Shown in pieces: positions 11,211-20,020 of a stretch of DNA of 64,000 nt; position 1 is the stretch's first letter, and each line of letters opens with the position of its first letter. The DNA is from Terriglobia bacterium (GTDB taxonomy: Bacteria; Acidobacteriota; Terriglobia; Terriglobales; Acidobacteriaceae). A program made the translations under genes and the position numbers. The stretch lies in assembly GCA_963801545.1 (NCBI GenBank), contig CAWDFF010000042.1, positions 79,964 through 143,963 of the forward strand. The letters run 5' to 3'. Under the pieces are notes generated by a model. The model did no database searches, was not told the DNA's origin, and saw nothing but the letters and a program-made list of their open reading frames with translations.

Positions 11211-11290
11211 GTCTTGGTCACCCGTCACAGACTTCTTCTTCATTTTTCCAGTAAAGCAGCATCAACCCTTACAGTGAGGAGGATGGAGTG

Positions 11291-11662
11291 ATGGCTGGAT
11301 CCTACAAAGACCTGAGAGCCTGGAAGCAATCGATGGAACTGGCTCTACAGATCTATCGTTACACAGAGAGTTTTCCCAGGGAGGAGAGGTACGGGCTAAC
11401 GAGTCAGCTACGAAGAGCGGCCGTTTCTGTGTCAAGCAACATTGCGGAAGGCAAGGGCCGATCGTCCGACAAAGAACTCGTGCTCTTTCTTCATCATGCT
11501 CGAGGCTCACTTCTTGAGGTTGAGACCCAACTTCTCATTGCGCGGGGATTGAAATATGGGCCCGATGGAGGATTCGACACGGCTCAACTACTTGATCTGG
11601 TCGAAACGTTGGCTAAAACTTTGAATGCGCTAATCAGGTCGCTAAGGCCAATCGCAGCTTGA
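11291..11662 (+). CDS. four-helix-bundle protein (23S rRNA intervening-sequence protein family)
   Basis: SYKDLRAWKQSMELALQIYRYTESFPREERYGLTSQLRRAAVSVSSNIAEGKGR...LLEVETQL is the typical family signature. GAGGAGG lies upstream of the ATG at 11291. Confidence 0.85.
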   Translation: MAGSYKDLRAWKQSMELALQIYRYTESFPREERYGLTSQLRRAAVSVSSNIAEGKGRSSDKELVLFLHHARGSLLEVETQLLIARGLKYGPDGGFDTAQLLDLVETLAKTLNALIRSLRPIAA

Positions 11663-11667
11663 AAGAG

Positions 11668-11697
11668 GCTAACGACTAAAGACCAACGACCAGCGAC
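11668..11697. repeat. heptamer repeat arm complementary to 11141-11210
   Basis: GCTAACGACTAAAGACCAACGACCAGCGAC is the reverse complement of GTCGCTGGTCGTTGGTCTTTAGTCGTTAGC. Confidence 0.8.
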
Positions 11698-12233
11698 TAT
11701 GCCACAAAATCCGAAGCTTCGGGAAAGCGTAGCTTGCTCTTAGCCAAAGCCTTGGAAAGCATTTCCTCGATTTCCACTTCTTCGGTGTTCTTGGCCATGG
11801 CCAGTTCGCTTACCAGGAGATAGCGAGCACGCTCCAGCATCTTTTTTTCGCGGAAGGAGAGGGGCTTGGACTGGTTCAGCAAGAGAAGTCCTTTAAGGAC
11901 AGCGGAAACTTCCAGCAAAGACCCGGTGCGCATCCGCTCCGAGTTTTCCTTGAAACGGTATTTCCAGTCGGCGTTGTTGTCACACTCGCCATCTGTAAGA
12001 AAATCAACGATTTTCTGGATTTCGCCGTTCTTTACCACCCGTCGCAATCCCACCGTGTGCACGTTGTGGAACGGCACCATGACCTTAAGGCTGCTGGACT
12101 TGATTTTCAGGAGGTAGAACTTTTCCACAGTCTCGCCAATCGTCCGGCTGCTGATTTGTTCGATAACTCCAACGCCATGATTGGGATAGACGACTTTGTC
12201 GCCTATGTGAAAATTGCCGTCGACGCTGATCAT
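11697..12233 (-). CDS. carD: CarD/CdnL family transcriptional regulator
   Basis: FHIGDKVVYPNHGVGVIEQI marks the CarD_CdnL_TRCF domain. The likely start is MISVDGNF (ATG rc at 12231-12233) rather than the track start at 12278. Confidence 0.85.
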   Translation of the reverse strand: MISVDGNFHIGDKVVYPNHGVGVIEQISSRTIGETVEKFYLLKIKSSSLKVMVPFHNVHTVGLRRVVKNGEIQKIVDFLTDGECDNNADWKYRFKENSERMRTGSLLEVSAVLKGLLLLNQSKPLSFREKKMLERARYLLVSELAMAKNTEEVEIEEMLSKALAKSKLRFPEASDFVA

Positions 12234-12335
12234 GAGGGAACACCCACGAGCGCAGGGCACTTGAGGAACAACACTCAATCAGTTTATCGCAAACAGACAG
12301 GAAAGGCAATTCAGAGGCGGGCTTCAGGGGTTAGG

Positions 12336-12706
12336 AGTCGGTGTCGGCGGAGGCGTCGGACCTCAGGCGCCGGACCTCAGGCGCCGAGCCTCGGGAGTCA
12401 GGCGTCAGCCGCCCAGTCTCGCCGCCGGAAGGACTTGCTGTTGGCGGACTATCTATCCGACTGCGGATTCAGCCGCCGAGAGCTGGCGAGCTGCGCTCGC
12501 CCTGGACGGGTTCCTTCGACTTCGCTCAGGACAGGCTCCGACCCGTCCCCACACAGGTGTCCTACAGTCGGCCTTTTCGTCATCGTCACGCATAAACCCG
12601 CTCCGTTTCGACGCAGACGGCCATATCAGAGGTCCGACGCCTGAGGTCCGAGGTCCGAGGTCCGACGTCCGAGGTCCGAGCGTCCGACGCCCGACGCCCG
12701 CCGTCC
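12336..12706. repeat. heptamer/14-mer arms enclosing a GGACGGGT..ACCCGTCC-type element
   Basis: Left arm 12336-12410 is GTCGGACCTCAGGCGCC x2 and so on. Right arm 12629-12706 is (GAGGTCC)n (GACGCCC)2, complementary. The loop carries CTGGACGGGTTCCTTCGACTTCGCTCAGGACAGGCTCCGACCCGTCCCC. Confidence 0.75.
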
Positions 12707-12726
12707 GGTTTATAATTCTCAAGCAC

Positions 12727-13206
12727 ATGACAGAGCAGATCAAGCGGAAGCTGCAGGATGAGATGAACGCGCTCGAGCACGAGCTGGTCCACGATCTTCC
12801 GAAGGAAATAAAGAAAGCGGCCGCCCTGGGGGATCTCAGTGAAAATGCTGAGTACCACATGGCGAAACAGCGCCAGGAGTTCGTCAAAGCGCGGCTCCGG
12901 CAGCTGGGGGCTCGCATGGCGGAGCTCGCCCTTATCAACATGGATAATATCCCTCGAGATAAGGTTGGTTTGGGCTCGACCGTCCGGGTGTACGACAATT
13001 CGAAGAACGCCGAAGTTGAATACAAGCTGGTCACCAGTGAGGAGTCCGATGTGACGGCGGGCAAGATTTCTACCAGCTCACCCATCGGCCGGGCCCTGCT
13101 CAACAAGAAAGTAGGGGACACTGCGTCGGTGGTCACGCCCAACGGCAATCGCGAGATGGAAATTCTGACTATGACCACCATCCACGATGCCGAGTCGAAG
13201 GGATGA
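12727..13206 (+). CDS. greA: transcription elongation factor GreA
   Basis: 159-aa ORF with GDLSENAEYHMAKQRQEF and GKISTSSPIGRALLNKKVGD motifs. Confidence 0.95.
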   Translation: MTEQIKRKLQDEMNALEHELVHDLPKEIKKAAALGDLSENAEYHMAKQRQEFVKARLRQLGARMAELALINMDNIPRDKVGLGSTVRVYDNSKNAEVEYKLVTSEESDVTAGKISTSSPIGRALLNKKVGDTASVVTPNGNREMEILTMTTIHDAESKG

Positions 13207-13262
13207 AGCTGGGATGGTGAGAATCTCGTGCTGAAGATTTTCGCAGTCGCGACGGGGACAGC

Positions 13263-13901
13263 ATGACCTGGACCAGCGCCTTTGGGCGCGGCTGCGGCGT
13301 GCTGCTCGATGCCATCGTCCGCTGGCTCGCGCTGTCGCGGATCAATCCCAACGTGCTCACGTTTCTGGGGCTGGTAGTGAATACGATCGCCGCCCTTCTG
13401 TTCGGCTACGCCAACGGTGACAACCAGGCTCGCATGTTCCGCTACGCCGGGCTGGTCATCATCGGCTCCGGGTTCTTCGACCTGGTGGACGGACGCGTGG
13501 CTCGCGCCAGTGGCCAGGTGACGCGCTTTGGCGGTTTCTTCGATTCCGTGATCGACCGTTACAGCGACGCTTCCCAATTTCTCGGATTGCTGGTTTTTTA
13601 CGCTCGCGGAGACCGCTTCTTTTATGTCGTACTGACCGCCTTCGTAATGATCAGTGCCATCATGGTCAGCTACACCCGGGCCCGCGCCGAATCGCTTATC
13701 GGTTCCTGCCGCGTGGGATTCATGGAGCGGCCCGAGCGCCTGGTCCTGGTGATTATCGGAGCCCTGTTCAACCGCATGGCGCCGGTGCTGTGGCTGATTG
13801 CAGTGCTGTCGACGATCACCGTCATCCACCGTATCCGCTACACCTACACCCGCACCGAAGGCGCGGACCCGATTCCAGCCAAAGCCGGGCAGGCGGCGTA
13901 G
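13263..13901 (+). CDS. CDP-alcohol phosphatidyltransferase family protein
   Basis: FDLVDGRVARASGQVTRFGGFFDSVIDRYSD matches D-x2-DG-x2-AR-x8-G-x3-D-x3-D. Multi-TM. Confidence 0.85.
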   Translation: MTWTSAFGRGCGVLLDAIVRWLALSRINPNVLTFLGLVVNTIAALLFGYANGDNQARMFRYAGLVIIGSGFFDLVDGRVARASGQVTRFGGFFDSVIDRYSDASQFLGLLVFYARGDRFFYVVLTAFVMISAIMVSYTRARAESLIGSCRVGFMERPERLVLVIIGALFNRMAPVLWLIAVLSTITVIHRIRYTYTRTEGADPIPAKAGQAA

Positions 13902-13920
13902 CTCATGGCTCTAGCAATGC

Positions 13921-14122
13921 CCGTGTAGGGACGGGTCTCCGACCCGTCCAGGCCGAGCGCAGCTCGGCAGTTTTGCGTAGCCACCATAGATAAATCCGAA
14001 AAAGCAATCCGACGCCATTTGATCCAACCGGAGGCAGACTCTTTTCCGAGACAGTTTGTCCTTCCCGAGAAAACTGCCGAGCTTCGCTCGGCTGGACGGG
14101 TCAGAGACCCGTCCCTACACGG
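13921..14122. repeat. inverted pair of ~55-bp GGACGGGTC..GACCCGTCC-type elements
   Basis: 13921-13977 (CCCGTGTAGGGACGGGTCTCCGACCCGTCCAGGCCGAGCGCAGCTCGGCAGTTTTGC) is the near reverse complement of 14068-14122. The spacer is 90 bp. Confidence 0.75.
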
Positions 14123-14148
14123 TTCTTCCTGGGTCCAACCTGCTATCC

Positions 14149-15090
14149 TTGTCCGTAATTTCTTCCGAGGACTTTCCTTTGCCCGATCCGGTTCTGGTTG
14201 TTCATGGCGGTGCCTGGGCCATTCCTGACGACATGGTCGCAGCCCATCTCAACGGCGTTCGTAACGCCATGGCCGCCGGGTGGCGGGTGCTGGAACGCGG
14301 CGGGCCCGCGCTCGATGCGGTCGAAGAAGCTGTAGTCATCATGGAAGATGACGAGACCTTTGACGCCGGCCGCGGCAGCTTCCTCAACCGTGATGGCAAG
14401 GTTCAGCTCGATGCCTTCATCATGGACGGCGCCACCCTGCGCGGCGGTGGCGTGGGCTGCGTGGAGCGCATCGCCAATCCTGTTCGCGCCGCGCGTAAGA
14501 TTTTGAGCGACAGCCCACACGTCTATTTTGTTGCCGAAGGCGCCGAGCGTTTCGCCGCCGAGCATGGCATCCCGCTATGCCGGAACCAGGATCTGATCAT
14601 TCCGCGCGAGGTTGAACGCCTACAGCAATTCCAGCAGCGCTCCGAGCAAAGCCCGGACCTCTTTGCGCCAGCCATCTCGCACGACACGGTGGGCGCGGTC
14701 GCGCTCGATCGCGAGGGCAACATTGCCGCCGCCACTTCGACCGGCGGCACACTGAACAAAGCTCCGGGCCGTCTGGGTGACTCGTCGCTCATCGGATGCG
14801 GATGCTACGCGGACAACCAGACGGCGGCCGCCTCCACTACCGGGTGGGGCGAACCCATTATGAAGCTGGTGCTCGCCAAGTGGGCAGCGGACCGCGTGGC
14901 TTCGGGCAGCGCACCGGAGTGGGTGGCGGCAGAGGCGATCAACTATTTGAAAGATCGGGTAAACGGCCACGGCGGGATGATTCTTCTCGACACGCGCGGC
15001 CGTTTCGGCATCGCCCACAACACGCCGCGTATGGCGTGGGCGCTGAGAACATCAAAACACGAGAGTTCTGGTATCGAACGGAAAGCTTAA
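14149..15090 (+). CDS. isoaspartyl peptidase / L-asparaginase (Ntn hydrolase)
   Basis: VVHGGAW, DAGRGS and DTVGAVALD...TSTGG motifs. The track start at 14056 lies inside the repeat, so a TTG at 14149 or 14179 is more likely. The start is uncertain. Confidence 0.8.
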   Translation: MSVISSEDFPLPDPVLVVHGGAWAIPDDMVAAHLNGVRNAMAAGWRVLERGGPALDAVEEAVVIMEDDETFDAGRGSFLNRDGKVQLDAFIMDGATLRGGGVGCVERIANPVRAARKILSDSPHVYFVAEGAERFAAEHGIPLCRNQDLIIPREVERLQQFQQRSEQSPDLFAPAISHDTVGAVALDREGNIAAATSTGGTLNKAPGRLGDSSLIGCGCYADNQTAAASTTGWGEPIMKLVLAKWAADRVASGSAPEWVAAEAINYLKDRVNGHGGMILLDTRGRFGIAHNTPRMAWALRTSKHESSGIERKA

Positions 15091-15303
15091 TACCAGTTGT
15101 CTGTTGTCAGTTCTCGGTTCTCAGTTTTTCTCTCGCTAACTAAGCCGATTCTGGTCAGTGATTTAGCTTGATTTCACTGTCCATTCTGATGTACATAACG
15201 ACGGGCATTCACGCGTCGTGCTTTTTCAAATCCTGCCAACGAAGGGCGTTTGCCGCTCGGCGGCGAGACCCCAGAACCCCCAGTGTCGATGGAGAGAACT
15301 TTT

Positions 15304-18300
15304 ATGAAGGTGCGGACACTCGTCTCAGTCGCGTTTCAATTAGTTCTGCTCGCCACACTCGGCTTTGCTCAGGGAGTCGCCACCGGCGATCTTCATGTCA
15401 ACGTCAGGGACCCGAAGGGCAGTGTGCTAACCAATGCCACGGTCACAGCGAGGGATGAAACCAAGGCCCTGGAGCGCATCACCAGTGACAACAGTGACGG
15501 CCAGTACCGCATCCTGCTGCTGCCCCCTGGAACTTATACGGTTACGGTGACGGCGCCCGGCTTCACCAAGGCCACGGTCACCGGAGTGGCGGTCACCGTA
15601 GGAACGATGGCCGAAATCCCCATCAGCCTGTCCGTGGCGGGAACCCAGGAAGTGATCAATGTCAGCTCGGCCGCGGAACTGGTGGAAACGCAACGCACCT
15701 CTTCCACCGATACCATCAACCAGCGCCGCATCGACAATTTGCCCATCAACGGACGTAACTACATCAACTTCGCGCTCACCGATTCGCAGGTGTTGCGCGA
15801 CAACGCTCCCAGCATCGGAGCCGCGCCTACCTCCGGGCTGAACATGAGCGGTCAGCGCGCCCGCGCCAATCTGGTCAATGTGGACGGCGCCGACGCCACC
15901 GACAATTCGACCAATGGAGTCCGCTCCACGGTTTCGCAGGAAGCGGTGCAGGAATTCCAGATCATCACCAACGGTTACGCGCCGGAATATGGACGAGCAT
16001 CGGGCGGCGTGGTGAACATCATCACCCGCTCCGGATCGAATGATTTTCATGGCGACGTCTACGGTTATTTGCGGAACCGCAATTTTCAGGCGGTCAATCC
16101 GTTCAGCACGGTTCCCAATCCCGCTTACACGCGGGTGCAGGCAGGGACGGCGTTCGGCGGACCGATCAAGAAGGACAAGACTTTCTATTACTTCTCTTAC
16201 GAAGTGACGCGGCGGCACGAAACCGGCTTTTCCAGTGTGGGCTCGCCCAACGGAACCTTTGGCATGGTGAACTTCGACGCTTCTCCTGTATTTGGCGCGC
16301 CGCCGGGTTCCGGCTTCAATATTCAGGCCACGCCGGACCAGGCGGCATACTTCCAGCAGACCCTGCCCGCTGCCCTGGCCACCCTGGGAGCAATCAGCCC
16401 AGCTCTGGCCGCAGGCTACGGCCAGGAAGCAGCGCTGTACGCAGCGTTTGTGGGAGGCTCGTCGGGCATTGCGCTCAACGGAACCTATCCGGCCTCATTC
16501 GCGGCGTTGGAGCAGGGTGGGCCCATCGGGCTGATTCCCGGTCCTGCGAGCACACCCACGCCGCTGACCCAGTTCATCACTTCCTGCAACGTCGCGCCTA
16601 CCGCCGCGAACCCCACCGGAAACCGCCTGTGCAATGGCCTGCCGAGTACTTTCCTCGGCCTGGCCCCGCAAGCGGGCAACTACCCGATTTTCGAAGGCAC
16701 CAGCCTGTACTCGCTGCGTTTGGATCACAACGTCAGCAACAGTAATCGCCTGAGCCTTCGCGCCAACGTAAGTCCCAGCACGGTCACCGGCATTCAGGTG
16801 AACGGCGAGAACCAAACCTTCGGACAGAACGCTTTTTCCCGTACGTCTTCACAAACTTATCGCGATGTGGCTGGGGTTGTGCAAGACACAATGACCATCG
16901 GCAATAGCAAGGTAAATGAATTCCGCTTCCAATATGCCCGCCGCGGCCTGCAGTATTTTTATTCGGACGCGCCCGGCGGCTCCAACGTGGCCTCCAATAT
17001 CGCGGGGTTCGGTTTTGTCGGCCGCGAACCCTACTCTTACATTCAGCGGACTGAAGAGCGCTATCAATTCGCCGACAATTTCTCCTGGACGATCGGACGC
17101 CATGACACCAAGTTCGGCGTGGACTTCAACTACATTCCCCTGACCGCGACTTTCACCGTGAACTACGGCGGGGTCTATAACTTCAGTCCTCTGGACGCAG
17201 CCAGCGCGGGCTTTCCGAATGTATGCGCGGCGAATGGCGCGCCGGCGGCGCTGTGCCCGACCTTTCCCGGCTTCACCGGGTTGCAGGCCTTCGGGCTGGG
17301 CGTTCCCAGCACGCTGGTGCAGGGCATCGGAAATCCCAAGGACAGTTTTTCCAACAAACCGCTGGGACTGTTCTGGCAAGATTCCGTCCGGGTGCGGCAC
17401 AATCTGACAATCAACCTGGGCATTCGCTACGACGTCGAGTTTCCACCCCAGTTGAGCCAGCCCAATGCGCTGGCCCTGGCGGCCTACAACCAGCTGGGCC
17501 TGCAGAAGGGCATTCAGACCGACTACAACAACATTCAGCCGCGGGTCGGCCTGGCGTGGAACCCGCGGGGAGACGGCAAGAGCGTGTTGCGCGCCTCGTA
17601 TGGCATCTTCTACGACCACCCGCTGCTCGGCCTGTACTTCCTGGGCGATGCTTCCGACGGTTCGAAGAGCGGGCAACTGCTGTTCGCCGGGGCGGCTCCC
17701 TGCGACCAGAACCCGGCGCATGCCGGAGCGGGGAGCCTCAACGCGACCAACATCTTCCAGGGCATTCTCACCACGGGTGCATGCTTGCCCACGATTCCCG
17801 GATATTTGCCCAACCAGCAGCGCTTCGATCCCTCGAACGCGGATCTGTTCATCAATCAGAATTATCTGAACCCGGCTACCTTTTTTCCGGTCGCGTTTCA
17901 GCCCTTTGGCTATCCCCAGGGGAAGGATTTTGTTTACGCCTATGCCCAGCAGGCCAACCTGACTTTCGAGCAGGACCTGGGACACAATATGTCGTTCAGT
18001 CTGGGCTACAACTTCAATGGCGGCCGCCATCTGAATCGTCCGATCAACGCCAACACCACCCGCGGCGACCTGATGGTGAGAAATTGGCAGGTGGCGCTGA
18101 ACGATCCCACTTCGAACGCATCTGCCGGACCTCTTTTTGTCGGCAACGGCGCGGCCCCTTGCGGATTCGTGGGTGGCGTGCCGTGGGTCTCGACTGCTCT
18201 GACGAACTTCTTCCGGCCGGGCGGCCTGAACCCCGCGATCGCCAGCGCCCTGATCGGCACGCCCGCGCAGGGCTGCATTAACGCGGCACTGGCCATCCTG

Positions 18301-19131
18301 CAGCAAGGAGGGCTTAGCACGGCGTGCAACCCCGCCGCCAACGGACTCACAGGCTGCGTCCCGTTCAGCGACATGGATGCCAACTACTCCAATGGCAGTT
18401 CGGTTTATCACGGGCTTACCGCCAATTTGAAGAAGCGTTTTGGCAATCACTATGAGTTTCTGGCGTCCTACACCTGGTCGCACGCCATCGACGATTCCAC
18501 GGACTTGCAATCGCCGCTGGCGCCCCAGGACAGTTATTTTCCCGGCAACGAGCGTTCAACCTCACTATTTGACCAGCGTCATCGGATGGTGTTCAGCGGC
18601 GTCTACCAGAGCGGCAAGCTCTCCGGCGAGGGCTTTTTCAGCCGCGTCTTCAGCAATTGGACTTTCGCTCCCATCCTGGAAGTCGCGTCCGGCAGGCCCT
18701 TCAACATCATCACGGGCGGCGCGGACAATTTCCAGTTTTCGCCCAGCACCGGTCGCCCCAACGTGGTGGCCGCGGGCACACCGGCCACTCCGTGCGGGCC
18801 GACCGTGGCTTCAAGTTTTTCGCCCACGGGGTTCTTCCAAGAACCCTGCCCTCTCGTGTTTGCCGCGGGCGGCACGCCCACTTTGCTGGCGCTCGACGGC
18901 AACCTGCCCCGTAACGCCGGGCTCAAACCGTGGACGATATTCAATGATGTGCGCATCTCCAAACGCATCAACTTCAGCGAGCGCATGAGCATGGACCTGA
19001 TTACGGACATGTTTAACGTGGCGAACCGGTACAACGTTGCCGACGTGAATCCATTGTTTACCAGCGCAGGACAGACGACCGCGGCGTATGATCCGCGCCA
19101 GTTCCAGTTCGCGCTGAAGCTGAACTGGTAG
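15304..19131 (+). CDS. TonB-dependent-receptor-type outer membrane protein with carboxypeptidase-regulatory-like N-domain
   Basis: Signal peptide MKVRTLVSVAFQLVLLATLGFAQG (GGAGAG upstream of the ATG at 15304). An Ig-like domain (PPGTYTVTVTAPGF) is followed by a plug-like segment (INGRNYINF, NVDGADATD), a long beta-barrel and a terminal aromatic residue (KLNW). Confidence 0.8.
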   Translation: MKVRTLVSVAFQLVLLATLGFAQGVATGDLHVNVRDPKGSVLTNATVTARDETKALERITSDNSDGQYRILLLPPGTYTVTVTAPGFTKATVTGVAVTVGTMAEIPISLSVAGTQEVINVSSAAELVETQRTSSTDTINQRRIDNLPINGRNYINFALTDSQVLRDNAPSIGAAPTSGLNMSGQRARANLVNVDGADATDNSTNGVRSTVSQEAVQEFQIITNGYAPEYGRASGGVVNIITRSGSNDFHGDVYGYLRNRNFQAVNPFSTVPNPAYTRVQAGTAFGGPIKKDKTFYYFSYEVTRRHETGFSSVGSPNGTFGMVNFDASPVFGAPPGSGFNIQATPDQAAYFQQTLPAALATLGAISPALAAGYGQEAALYAAFVGGSSGIALNGTYPASFAALEQGGPIGLIPGPASTPTPLTQFITSCNVAPTAANPTGNRLCNGLPSTFLGLAPQAGNYPIFEGTSLYSLRLDHNVSNSNRLSLRANVSPSTVTGIQVNGENQTFGQNAFSRTSSQTYRDVAGVVQDTMTIGNSKVNEFRFQYARRGLQYFYSDAPGGSNVASNIAGFGFVGREPYSYIQRTEERYQFADNFSWTIGRHDTKFGVDFNYIPLTATFTVNYGGVYNFSPLDAASAGFPNVCAANGAPAALCPTFPGFTGLQAFGLGVPSTLVQGIGNPKDSFSNKPLGLFWQDSVRVRHNLTINLGIRYDVEFPPQLSQPNALALAAYNQLGLQKGIQTDYNNIQPRVGLAWNPRGDGKSVLRASYGIFYDHPLLGLYFLGDASDGSKSGQLLFAGAAPCDQNPAHAGAGSLNATNIFQGILTTGACLPTIPGYLPNQQRFDPSNADLFINQNYLNPATFFPVAFQPFGYPQGKDFVYAYAQQANLTFEQDLGHNMSFSLGYNFNGGRHLNRPINANTTRGDLMVRNWQVALNDPTSNASAGPLFVGNGAAPCGFVGGVPWVSTALTNFFRPGGLNPAIASALIGTPAQGCINAALAILQQGGLSTACNPAANGLTGCVPFSDMDANYSNGSSVYHGLTANLKKRFGNHYEFLASYTWSHAIDDSTDLQSPLAPQDSYFPGNERSTSLFDQRHRMVFSGVYQSGKLSGEGFFSRVFSNWTFAPILEVASGRPFNIITGGADNFQFSPSTGRPNVVAAGTPATPCGPTVASSFSPTGFFQEPCPLVFAAGGTPTLLALDGNLPRNAGLKPWTIFNDVRISKRINFSERMSMDLITDMFNVANRYNVADVNPLFTSAGQTTAAYDPRQFQFALKLNW

Positions 19132-19133
19132 GC

Positions 19134-19231
19134 GCGGACGTCGGACTTCGGGCGTCGGACCTCGGGCAAGGGGTTTCGAGATAAAATGAACTCGGTTAGC
19201 GAATGTCCGACGTCTGAGGTCTGAGGTCCGC
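19134..19231. repeat. heptamer-repeat hairpin after the OM receptor gene
   Basis: GCGGACGTCGGACTTCGGGCGTCGGACCTCGGGC pairs with GTCCGACGTCTGAGGTCTGAGGTCCGC. Confidence 0.8.
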
Positions 19232-19266
19232 TTCTACTCTTCGCGATTGCCGGGAGATTCCTCTAC

Positions 19267-19926
19267 ATGTCCGAAGACCAAGCACCCACTGCGCGGACGC
19301 GTGTGGTCCGCGAGCCTCATCGTGGGGTTTATGATCGCGCTGTGGCTTACCAGATTCTTGATGAAGGCTTCATTTGCCACGTGGGATTTGTGCTGGATGG
19401 GCAACCGTTCGTCATCCCTACCGCGTATGGCCGTGTGGACGACAATCTTTATATGCATGGCTCGGCCGCCAGCCGCATGTTGCGCAATCTTGATAAAGGC
19501 ATTCCCGTGTGCGTGACGGTTACGCTGCTCGAAGGCTTGGTCCTGGCCCGCTCGATTTTCAATCACTCCATGAATTACCGCTCGGTGGTGGTGCTGGGAA
19601 CCGCGACACCAGTGTCAGAGCCGAAAGAAAAACTGGAAGCCCTGAAGTCGCTTTCGGAGCACATCCTGCCCGGACGCTGGGCGGAATCGCGTCAGCCTAA
19701 CGAGAAGGAACTGAAAGCAACGCTGGTGATGCGGCTGCCGATCGAGGAATTTTCGGCGAAGGTCCGGCAAGGTCCGCCGATTGACGACGAAGAAGATTAT
19801 TCGTTCCCCACCTGGGCTGGAGTGATTCCGCTGGAGATGGTCGCAGGCGCACCGGAGAACGATCCGCGGCTGGATCCGAAGACGGCGGTGCCGGCGTATG
19901 TGAGCGGGTATTCACGGAAGAGATAA
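19267..19926 (+). CDS. pyridoxamine 5'-phosphate oxidase family (flavin-binding) protein
   Basis: 219-aa ORF. GFICHVGF...PFVIPTAYGR...LYMHGS has the split-barrel PNPOx-like pattern (from memory). Confidence 0.65.
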   Translation: MSEDQAPTARTRVVREPHRGVYDRAVAYQILDEGFICHVGFVLDGQPFVIPTAYGRVDDNLYMHGSAASRMLRNLDKGIPVCVTVTLLEGLVLARSIFNHSMNYRSVVVLGTATPVSEPKEKLEALKSLSEHILPGRWAESRQPNEKELKATLVMRLPIEEFSAKVRQGPPIDDEEDYSFPTWAGVIPLEMVAGAPENDPRLDPKTAVPAYVSGYSRKR

Positions 19927-19932
19927 AAGTCA

Positions 19933-20015
19933 GCCACGGATTTCACGGATTTTCACGGATCAAAACCCTAATTTCTCTCTTGCCTTATCCGTGTGAACCC
20001 GTGCAAATCCGTGGC
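19933..20015. repeat. GCCACGGAT-type palindromic MITE-like element, copy 3
   Basis: GCCACGGATTTCACGGATTTTCACGGATC ... TTATCCGTGTGAACCCGTGCAAATCCGTGGC. Confidence 0.85.
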
Positions 20016-20020
20016 TGAAA

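Noticed and set aside
12453-13829. 458-aa minus-strand ORF
   Set aside because: It is antisense to greA and the CDP-alcohol phosphatidyltransferase gene, both of which have clear motifs. Its product is Arg/Ala/Ser/Gly-rich low-complexity sequence and it runs through the repeat field. This is a typical high-GC shadow ORF.
16849-18510. 553-aa minus-strand ORF (and other ORFs within 15427-18988)
   Set aside because: It is antisense to, or out of frame within, the 1275-aa OM receptor gene. Its composition is Arg/Gly/Ala-rich with no motifs.
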